NCBI GenBank assembly: GCA_964188305.1
Contig: OZ076902.1
Strand: one strand, 5' to 3'
Length of the DNA stretch: 64,000 bases
From: Podarcis bocagei
Taxonomy: Eukaryota
Shown: positions 23,501 to 33,814 of the stretch, piece by piece
How the letters are laid out: every line of letters starts with the position of its first letter
Numbering within the stretch: position 1 is the stretch's first letter
Notes under the pieces: generated by a model
Database searches by the model: none
What the model was told of the DNA's origin: nothing
Seen by the model: the letters and a program-made list of their open reading frames with translations, nothing else
Made by a program: the position numbers and the translations under genes

Positions 23501-25047
23501 AATACTGGGGGGGAAATTCCCTCCCCCCTGATCTTTCAAGAGGGCTTTATTTCATTCTCCACCCGCAACACCTGGTTGGAAAAGGAATTTTTGGCAGAGC
23601 TCTACTAAAAATTGTGGCGGCTCCACCTTGCATGCCTGTTGTGGAAGGACCCTGGAAATTCTGGGTTTGCTGCCCAACTCGGTCCCCACTAAGGAGGCCA
23701 TGCTCATCTGTCTCCAAACATCCAAATGCCTACTGGGTGCTTCTCCCATGGGGGGGGGGGTGTTTTCAGGATCAGGTAACATCCCCACCAACACCTATCC
23801 ATTGATCTCCCCTCTGCCCCCCCACCCATTGAGCTTCTGCATATAGTAGGGGAAGAGGGTGATGGTGGCTCTGAGCTGCATTGTTCCTTGCAAGGACTGC
23901 GTTGGAGCAGAGGTGGGGATTCCAGATGAATTAATGCACAATTGCAAGGGGATGATTTCAGCACCAAAACTGCCCCCCTGCTGCTGTCCCCAGTGCAAAT
24001 TCCTCTGTATCTTCACACCACCTGCCTCTTTCCTGTGTCCCCCCCACCCCACACTTTCAAGGCACGAGAAACCAGGCCAACCTAATTACTGCCACAGTTG
24101 CCATAGCAACCGGAAGACTTTGTCAGCGGTTTTTTTTTTTTAAAGGAACATCATCTGTGCCATCAGAGGCAGAAAGGCCCAAGCGTGGCTGAGGGAGATA
24201 GGTGGAGGGGGGAGACATTCATGAGGGCTCCTTTTTTGCATGTATTGCAAAGTGTGGTGGGAGGGGGAAGGAGTATGGATAACCAGCCCTTTCCCACAGC
24301 TCTGTGGCTCCCAAAATAAGAGTGAGGCCTGGAGGAGGAGGAGGAGGAGGAGAATGACCACCATCCTTGTTCACCCACCCCAGAATCAGTGGCCCTTATG
24401 AAAGGGGCACCCATGTGCCTTCCACACAGGTGGTCTTGGGTTCAATCGCCAACTCCCTCAGGGAGCAAAAAGGCGCCTTTCTGAAACCATCAGGCAATAC
24501 TGATGCCCCGAATGGTCTGACTTGGTCTATGGCAGTTGGTGGTGCTCCTCTTTAAAGCGGTGCTTTGCTCAACCAGGATTGGCATCACCAGCAGGATGGG
24601 GTGCTAAGTTCCATCTCTGGCATCTCCAGTCAGGAAAGGCCCCAGAGGCTCAAATTCCAGAAAGCTGCTGCCGCACTGTGCAGACAGCACTGGGCTGGGT
24701 GGATCAACTCTCTGAATCAGAGTAAGAAGGTGGCTCCTGACGCTCTTATCAAAGTCACCCTTTAATGGCAACCATGATGATTAAGAAAAGGGTTATAAGG
24801 CGGGGGTGGAGACTGGGGTCAATCTCTGGGAACAACCCCTCTAGGAAGCCCCGGAGAGTTGCTGCCGGTCAGTGCAAACGATACAGAGCTAGATTGACCA
24901 AGAGATTGACTTGGCGAAAGGCAGCTTCTTGTGTTTGTAAGATGCTCCTGTGAGACTTCCAAACCAAAATGTGCTCTTTGAAAGTGGGTGCCACAAATCT
25001 CTACGTGTGGTTTATTATCACTTGGCAGCAGAGTAGGAAAGCTGTGG

Positions 25048-25120
25048 TTCCTGCATTGCAGGAGGGGTTGGACATGACCCTTTGGGTCCTTTCCAACTCT
25101 ACAATTTTATGATTCTATGA
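25048..25120 (+). mobile_element. CR1/SINE 3' tail fragment
   Basis: Same tail motif ending in ATGATTCTATGA. Confidence 0.8.
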
Positions 25121-25591
25121 AAGATGGGATCCCAGGAGCCAAGCACATCTGTTCTTAGAGAAGGGAGAGTGCCAGCATCAGGGACAAAGGAAAGGCATGC
25201 GTTGGACAGGGGCTGAAGAGCTGGTCTTATGAGAGCATGGGGCTGAAGCCATGGGCAAGCTCCTCTCAGATTAGATAGGACTAAAAGCTGCCTACCTTGC
25301 AGGGACGTTATGTGGACAAGCCTGCTGCAAGTTTTAAAATGGCTTAATACAGTTGCTCTCTAACAGCAGCTGAGAAAACAGGTGCTGTGGCTTTGAAGTT
25401 GCTTCCACCTACAAAGGCCTGAATGGCCAAGGTCCAGAGTAACTTACGAAGTCCATCTCTGCATGAATCTGGCTGCCTTGCCCTAAAGTTCTCCTTTGCT
25501 GATGGCAAGTGGAGATAAGGAAAGAGGGCAGACAACCAGAAGTAAAGGGATCAAGGCATGGAGGTGTGTGTAAAATTAGGAATAGGAGATA

Positions 25592-25849
25592 CCGTAATTT
25601 TCGCTCTATAAGACGCACCAGACCACAAGACGCACCTAGTTTTTGGAGGAGGAAAACAAGAAAAAAAATATTCTGAATCTCAGAAGCCAGAACAGCAAGA
25701 GGGATCGCTGCGCAGTGAAAGCAGCAATCCCTCTTGCTGTTCTGGCTTCTGGGATAGCTGTGCACCCTGCATTCGCTCCATAAGATGCACACACATTTCC
25801 CCTTACTTTTTAGGAGGGAAAAAGTGAGTCTTATAGAGCAAAAAAACGG
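25592..25849. mobile_element. Non-autonomous Tc1/mariner-superfamily DNA transposon (MITE)
   Basis: Terminal inverted repeats CCGTAATTTTCGCTCTATAAGAC ... GTCTTATAGAGCAAAAAAACGG flanked by TA at 25590-91 and 25850-51; internal TAAGACGCAC repeats. Confidence 0.85.
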
Positions 25850-26559
25850 TACTTCAACACTGGCATGGAGGTCCTCTTCATTCCTGGACCAGCCTGCTTT
25901 GCTGAAGGGGAGGGCAAGAGTTTGAGTCCCACACAACTCTTCATCTGGAGACGCCAGACTCCTGATGAAGAAGCCTGTGGATGTCAGACATGGTTGTCAA
26001 TAACTGGAAACCAGCAATCTCCTTTATCCACCGGAGGCTTCTAGGTGATCCACTCCCCGCCTGCCCTTTGCATGTGTGTGGTTTTCTCGTTTGGGCTTTT
26101 TATTTCCAACCTTTTAAGGCGTTCTAATATTTTAATGTGATTTCATTACCTTTTATGATATTGCATTTGTGGCCTGACTGCTAATGGCATTTTTATGTTG
26201 CTTTACGATGCTTTGCCCCAACCGGTGCAAGGTGTGTGTGAGGAGAGGGGGTGTTTACATCAATACACCTGGGGTCTGACCCCAAGCTAAGTCCAAAGAG
26301 CTGAGCCCTCCTTGTCTCTTCCTCCTCTCCCCCCACTGCTGCCCATCAGGTCTCCTTTAGCAAGAAAAGCAAGGAGCTGAAGCAGGGGTGGAGGGAGTTC
26401 AGCACAATTTGGCAGGAATAGAAACAAGCCTCACTCATGGGCTGACTTCAGGCTTTCCTGCCAAGCCAGCAGCATGTGTTAGGATACAGGATTTTGTTTT
26501 GTTAAATGCAACCAGGGTTTGGGCTTCGGCCCCAAACCCTCAGCCGGGTTCTGAGCATA

Positions 26560-26681
26560 GACACACAGAATTGCAGAATTGGAAGAGACCACATGGGTCA
26601 TCTAGTCCAACCCCTGCAATGCAGGAATCTTTTGGTGATGTGGGGCTCAAACCCACAACCCTGAGATGAAGAGTCTCATGC
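26560..26681 (-). mobile_element. SINE with tRNA-Lys-derived head and CR1-derived tail
   Basis: Minus strand GCATGAGACTCTTCATCTCAGGGTTGTGGGTTTGAGCCCCAC (tRNA-Lys(CTT)-like) followed by the same CR1-type tail. Confidence 0.8.
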
Positions 26682-26787
26682 CAGTTGCAGGAAGTTTTGA
26701 GGGGAGCCTAAACAGAAGCAGATCTTCCAGCAGGAGCAGACAGACAAGGAAGGTTGAAGGGAAGGGAAGGGACAACATGATAGTTGT

Positions 26788-26863
26788 GATTCCTGCATTG
26801 CAGGGGGTTGGACTAGATGACCCTTGGAGTCCCTTCCAACTCTACAGTTCTATGATTCAATGA
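26788..26863 (+). mobile_element. CR1/SINE 3' tail fragment
   Basis: ATTCCTGCATTGCAGGGGGTTGGACTAGATGACCCTTGGAGTCCCTTCCAACTCTACAGTTCTATGATTC. Confidence 0.85.
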
Positions 26864-28324
26864 TGTTGGGTCTTACCAGAGTCTTGCTCATTTCCAGGTG
26901 CAGCCTGGTGTGTGTGGGTGTGCATCCAACAGCTAGGCTATTAGTAAGTGGGGAGTTGAGATGCAAAATGTGGGATACGTAAGAGCGGCCTGATTATTTT
27001 TACAGGCATTTAAAAATAAATTGCTGCTTCTAAGACTGAGATTTCCATAGGGGGAAGAGGGACTTCTCAGCATAAAATTACTCCATCAAGCTCCTTTGAT
27101 GATTGTGAGAGGCACAATTTTTAGCTGGAAAATGGCATTATGGGAAGGGGTTAAGAAATCTCCTTCCTCCTGCCCCCCCATTACTTTCTTCCTTCAAATT
27201 GCAGCCTCAGTGGCTGGATTTTGAAAAATCAAAATCTATCCCCAAAAGGAACTGAAGGACACCATGAACATGGTGTTCCACCTCGAGAACGGCAGGGCTG
27301 GAAGGAAGTACAGGCAACACCAAACAGACTATGATGGGAAGTTTCCAGGCTTGCTTTCTTGAAAAGCAAAGGCAGCACAGGGAGAGAGAGGAAAGGAAGT
27401 GGGGCTTGTTCTGACTTGCTGACCCTTCCTCCCTTGTCCATCTGCTTCTGCAGACATGCAGAAATGGGTTTCAGTGCTGGAATGCTGGAGCCAGTCTCCT
27501 CGAGTGCTTGCTTCTAAGCTCTCAAATCAGCTGTCCAACATGCCTGGCTCTGATTTCTCAAAGACGGATGTGCTATAACCAGGGAAGCGCATTTGCTCAT
27601 TACGCGCCAATATAGACCATTTTTGAAGATGCTCTGATTTTTAAGAGCAGATAAGTCTAGTGCCAAAACCAACCCCTACTCCCCGCTTCTCCCATTTTGC
27701 TTCACCATTCAGAGATGGTGAAATGGGAGGCAGCAGGCTGGCTAACATTTTTTTTTTGGGGGGGGAAATTCAAGGTTTGGCAAAAGTTACTGCTGGTAAC
27801 CAGAGCCCCTTGTAACAGCTGCCATTCAGTATCTATCCCTCCCTGCCCCACTTGAAGGCTCTGAGAATGATGATGTATTGTTATTCTTGACGAGGGCTTC
27901 TGAAGAAAAGAATGATGGTGACAGTGGGGGCACCGCCCCTTTCAAGCCCTTGTCAAAAAGAAGCCGAAGCGGGATCATCAGGCTCTATTGTTTTGGGGCG
28001 GGGGGGAGGGATGTTGACCACCAGCTGACAGCCGATGAACTCAGGCAATAGTGGAGAATCTCAGGGGCTGCAAACCTCTCTCCTTGGTTAGGTGGTCCCA
28101 TCCCCCAGGCAAAATGTGAGCTAAAACTTCTCTCTGGGGGGACTTTGGCACGGCGCCGTAAAGAGGACACAAAGCCCCAACCACCCCTGAGGCCCACTCC
28201 CAGGTTGCCCTCCTGTAGCCGGGCTCCTCCTCTGCCCATTGCCTCTGCCCAGTTAGACCCTCCTTGGCTAGACCTCTCCCTCCCTGCCCTCCCTGCCTCT
28301 GAGGCCCTCCTCCCTCCCACTGAC

Positions 28325-28647
28325 CTGGGTGATGCTGTCCCGCATGGTGGGAGAGCGGCCACGCCGCGTTGTGGTGGTAGCCATGGTGGTGGTGGTTTCC
28401 ATGATGGTGGTGGACATGTCTGCCAGCAAGGTGGTGGCTGTGGTCTCCGTGGTCATGACGGAGGGCACCTCGCCCACCAGCCGCAGGTTCCCCTCCACCT
28501 TCACATTGGGGTCGCTCTCGGCTGCCAAGGAGAGGACCTTGAGCCCGTTGTAGTACAGCCCCGAAATCTGGCCCTGGAAGGGGCGGCCTTGGTCCCGGCC
28601 TCCAATCTTGATGGCGGCCTGGCTGTTAAATATCGTCAGCTGGCGAC
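28325..28647 (-). CDS. NRXN2: NRXN2 exon: end of LNS6 and O-glycosylated stalk
   Basis: 323 nt, ccgccag|GT...CAG|gtcagt; (G)[48 protein letters not shown]...[26 protein letters not shown]; phase 1 to 0. Confidence 0.97.
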
Positions 28648-31600
28648 CTGGCGGGGGAGAGGGAGGGGGCAGGGAGCCACGGGGGGAGGAGGGGGCAGGC
28701 GGAAAGAGAAGGTGGACAATATATGAACTGGGGGTTCGGCGGTTGGGTGGTGGGGCTCAGCAGCACACAGTACACAAGAGCTGTCAAACCAGGCTGGCTG
28801 GAACTTCAGGGAGGGCAGCCCAAGCACTTCTCCCTTCACCCTCTGAGGAGGCCTGCGTTTTCCTCTTCTGGTCTTTCAGTGGTTCTCTGCACCACCTTGA
28901 GACCTTCTGCTCCTACCACCGACCCTGTGGAGCAGCTCTGTCCTCATGCGTCCCTCATCTGCTCATTTATCCATCTGCCTGTTCATCTATCCATCTATCT
29001 CTACCCACCCACCTTGCTCTTCCAAGCCTTCTTGAGTTTGATTAGTCTATACCCCTGGGAACCATCCATCTTCACCTCCTATGTTGGTGAGAGGGTGCCT
29101 TTGTGGCTTGTGCTGCCCTGCCTCCCTCCCTCCCCAAGACAGACACTTCTTGGTTGGGCAGGCGGGGAAAGCGGGGGGGAGGGGGTCAGAAAGGTGCAGG
29201 AGCACCAAAGGCAGGAATTTGCCCACCCACTCACTGCCGCTGGGGCTCCCCTGACTGACCCACAAAGTCTGACTCAATCAAATGCAATCGAGCCACTCTA
29301 CATTCCTCTCTAATCTATTTTCTTCGTCTTTATGGCAGTCGGATAGCAGAGTGTGTGGAATAAGAGACAGATAGGAGAGAGACCTTTCTTATATCATCTG
29401 TCTTTCTTGACTCTTATTCCCTCTTTACCCATCTGCCTCTCCATCCATCCATCATGGAAACGGGTTCATTTTCTAGCTTCTTGCCCTGGCCATCCTTCAG
29501 CTCTGTGCTTTGTGTTGCCCCTCCCTGAACCTTCTGTGGGATGTACACCGATCCCTCCCCTGCCCACCCCTCATAAGCTTTCCAACCAGCTTCCCTGCAC
29601 TCTGGCTTGCACTTCAGGCCCCCTAAGCAGGACAAAGAGTGAGCGAGAACGGAGGGGGCCCAGTCAGCCGCTGGAACCCCGGTGGAGATTGGGGAAGTGA
29701 GGCTGACAAGCAGAAGGACTTGGGGCGCAGAAGGGCAAGTGTGGGCACCTTGGCTTCACCCTACCGCCTTACCCTTCCTGGATGGGGCAAGTCCTTCAAC
29801 CTCACTTGGCCTGGGTCATGAGAAACACCTATTCTATGCTCCAGTCATCCTTATTTGAGGGGTGGGCATGGCTGCCTCCTGTAAATCAGCCCACTGGAAT
29901 CACAGGTAGTCTTGCCCCAGCCCAACTCCCCTCAGGCCCCTGGGGGTCTTCTACTTGCTTTGGTGGAGCAGCCTTGTGAGAAAGCAGCAGGTTTGGAGCA
30001 CAGGCAAGACCCTGTGCTCAACCCGCTTTAGAGGAAGTGGGCCCAGAAGGGAAGGACCCTTCATGGCACCTAAGAGATAGAGGTGGGTGGGGTGGGGGTA
30101 AGCAGAGAAATAGCCACTGACAGTCTTTTGGGGGAGAGTCTGTGATGGGTGGCATCAGTGTCAGGAACAGGGGAAGCAGGAAAAAATGCCCTCTGGAGCA
30201 ATTTGCATGGGGGGGGGGCACGGCACACATTGTCAAGTGGGGCAGGGTGTGCATGAATGGAAACTGAAGGTGGGGGCCAGCATGACGGGGGTCAGAAGGT
30301 GAGTGAGATCCAGGCAGGGGTTAGGGAAAGCTGTGGCAGAAGAGGGACCACCTTAGGTGGAATTGATGAAAGGGTCCCAATGGCTCTATGTGTGGGGGAA
30401 ATACAAGGGAAAAATTGGTGCTTGTTCAGTTAAGCCAGCAGAATTGCAGAGTGAGCCATTTTGTGTAAGGGCCAAAATAGATGCATGTGTATACAGCACG
30501 ATCACATTTTGTGTGTGTGTTGGTAGGGGAGGTGTTTTATGTTTTTTGGGATGGTGCATATATGGGAAAAAATGTGTGTACTCAAACTACCCCCTTGGAA
30601 CTGCCCCCCATGTGAGCAATCTTACCTTCTGGAACTGGTGCACCAAGCGGGCCCTCCAAGCAAGGTGGTGAACTTGAAAGGTCTTTCTGCACTAGGAAAA
30701 CCAGGTGCAAAAAAAGCTTTTAAGCTCCCCGCCTTGTGTGCAGCTAATTTGTGCAATTTCAACCAGACATCTTTCAACCGAGCAAGATGAGTTGATTGTG
30801 AGCAAGGATGTGATCCTGCTGTATAGGCATCTATTATGTAAATGAATAGCAGCCGTGTGGGGGTGAGTGGGGTTGGCCCTTCCCTCCCATTTCCCCCACT
30901 GAAAATGGCTCCCTTCAAAGCAACAGGGGGTGGGAGTGGGGGGGGACAGGGTGTCTAGGGACTGATACAGAGGTTTCCACCCAGTCTGTGGCGTCAGTGG
31001 CATTCTGCTCCTGGGTACCAGTAATGGGGAGCTCTCAAACTCCTTCCCAGTTGGGCACTGGAGGAAAGAGGAGCCACTCAGCAAGGGTCTTCTCATGTAT
31101 TGAGGACTCAACAGCAAGGTGGGCAGGACCTCAGGAATGTGGTTCATGGGACTCAGGTCCCTTGGCTTGCTTGGGTGGAGAGATCTGCGCTGATCTCCTT
31201 ATGGCTGGAATATAGCCTAATGCCTAAAGGTAGGTCACACCCACCTGCTTTTTGCTTTTGGCTGCACCCACCACCGTCAGCCCAGCCCCCAAGGCTGCCC
31301 ACGAAAGAAGGTCCCTTCCCTCTGCTCTAGGGAATCTCACTACTTTTCACTACTGCCCAGCTGAGATGGTAGTGGGTCTCTTCGGGCGAATCGGGGGAAA
31401 GGGGCAGTCAGCTTTGGACATGTGGGAGGCCCCCTGACAAGAAAGAAGAGCATTTGAAGAGGGAAACACATGCACCTGAATGAGCTAGTGCAGAGGGACT
31501 TTGGAAAAGCAGCCTGCCAAGGGCTGAGAATACAGAGCAGCTCCCCCTCCCCGTGCCCACCCCCGCCACCCGCTCATTAGCTGATGCCCCTGCCAGCTGC

Positions 31601-32359
31601 AGAGCTTCAAACTCCAGCCTGGCTGGGAGAGTCCCTCCCCCCTCGCTCACTCTTCGTTCAAACGGTTTTTGTGGGGGTTTTTTTGTGTGCAGGGGGGGAA
31701 AAGATGGGGAAATGTTAAAGGAACCGTCTGTTGCAACCTAAAAAAGCATCTCCAGATGGAGCCGACTGAACTTTCCTAATCTGTTATGGAAAAAAATAAT
31801 AATTATAAAAAAAACCAAAAACCCCAAACAAAACCCTGGCTTTAAAATAAACAGCTCTTGCTTTTTGTTCCCCCTGGAGAAGTTTGCAAGTGGATATTTT
31901 TAACCCTCTGAGTCTCGTTTTGCCCCCTTCGTTTTAGAAACAAGATTATTGTCAGTATTATTGTTATTTTTAATGTTTGGTTTTTGTTCAGGGTTAGAAT
32001 CAGGCTCAAAATAAATGGATTCCTGACAATATTCTCCACCCTACGTACCCCCCACCCACCTGCTTATTGGTTTAGTGCCTTAATTAGTTTTGGTTTTCAG
32101 GAACCACTCCCCCCATTTAATGCTATTTCCTGTTTATTCCCCACCTGGCTTTTCTTTTTTCTTGTGTGAAAATGCGCCTGCACGTCTGCCCAGAGGCACA
32201 TGTGGGCCCTGGTGTGCCTCTTGCGCTGGGCCTGCCCAAACTCCCTGGCCCAGAGGCATTGATGCTATATGGACATAAATGCTTGTGAGCAAAAGCCAGG
32301 AGAGCATCAAGCCTGTTTTGCTGAAATCCTGCAGCTCAACAGCAAACAAAAGAGGTAGG

Positions 32360-32360
<1 letters not shown>

Positions 32361-32423
<63 letters not shown>
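32361..32423. repeat. (TG)n(AG)n(G)n compound microsatellite
   Basis: Seen directly. Confidence 0.95.
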
Positions 32424-33766
32424 AGACAGAGACGGTGGTGGGGAGGAAACAGGACTAGCGCCAAATGAAACATCTGTGGAAGCCAAGACGGCTTAGCAAC
32501 CTCCAGGGAGGCATAATTCAGAAGTAAATCCGCCTGAGTAGCCGATATTCCCTGCGTGTACTTCTCTCCCTCCACCATCATTGCTGAAGCCTGCTAGAGC
32601 AGGCAGAAACGCTCATCTCCAGACCCAGGATTCTTCCTGCTCCACAGCCAGTCCTGCAAGGTTGGGCAGTGAGCCACTAGGAAGCAGAATCTGGAGGCAG
32701 TGGGGTGTAGGCAAGGTTTCCAGCCCTCCATAGTTCAAGGGGAGGTGCTGAGGACTAGGGAGGAACTGCATGAGAAAGGAAGGAAGGAAAAGAAAGAGGC
32801 GGGGGGAGAGATGAGGGCTTAGAGTGTGTTTTCAAAGTCCAGGGTGCAGCCCCAAGTGTGTGCAATAGAGAGTGCCTCTGGCTACGTACAGAGTGCCCAG
32901 CTCTGGGTCCCTACTTCTGGCACCCACACCAGGGAGAAAGGATGCCTCCGCAGGCTCTGCCTTTTCCTTGACTCTGCTCTCATTTTCCAGGAGTGTAAAA
33001 GCTGCCAGGAAGTACTTTGAAGCAGAGAAGGCTGGCATGGCTCAGCTGCAGACCTTGCATTCCCTAGCCCTGAAAAGCAGAAGGGAGGGAGGGAGGGGGG
33101 GCTCACTTGAGCCTCTTGGCCCCTGCCCAGGACCGGCTTCTCTCAGCACCAGCAAGCTGGCTGGGCAGGTGCCAACAGGCCAGGCTTGCAATCTGGCTTG
33201 GGTGCCCATGAAAAACAGCCCCTGCCCATCAAGAGACACAGTGGGCTGTAAACGGAAATAATTAAGGGAGTAAATAATAACGCAAGTTCAAATGAGGCTC
33301 TGGGCTGTTATCTTAAGCCAAGCTGGGTGACAGGCTTTCCCATTTATTTATTTTGGAGAGGCAAATTTACAACCCAGTAGTTTTGTGTGTGTTTTTTTTG
33401 GATGGGTGGAAATTGAAAACATTTTTTTTCCTGGTGGATTTTGTTTGTTTGTCTAGTATCAAAAGTGAGCTTATATTTTATTTTATTTTAAGTAGAAATG
33501 TGTCAGGCACATCTCAGGATGCCCCCCCTCCAGTCATTGCCAGGCTAAAGGGAGATTTGCAAGTCTAATGATGCCACTCCTGGAGGCATTCAGAGGCTGC
33601 CCCCCCCCCAAATCTGGCCAAGAAGGAACTGCTGGAATCAAATTTTGCGACAACTAAAGAGCAGCCCCCTCCTCTGCCATTTCATGCTAAAAACCCAAGA
33701 TGCCAACCAACCTTAGCAGACAATCCCCCTAATAGAGATTTTATTCTGAAATCAGGCAGTGCAGAC

Positions 33767-33768
<2 letters not shown>

Positions 33769-33810
<42 letters not shown>
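33769..33810. repeat. (TG)n microsatellite
   Basis: Seen directly. Confidence 0.95.

Positions 33811-33814
<4 letters not shown>

Noticed and set aside
23956-23978. REST/RE1 site
   Set aside because: Only the left half (TTCAGCACC) is present; the GGACAG half is missing.
28145-28726. Plus-strand 193-aa Gly/His-rich ORF
   Set aside because: Antisense shadow of the Thr-rich stalk exon.
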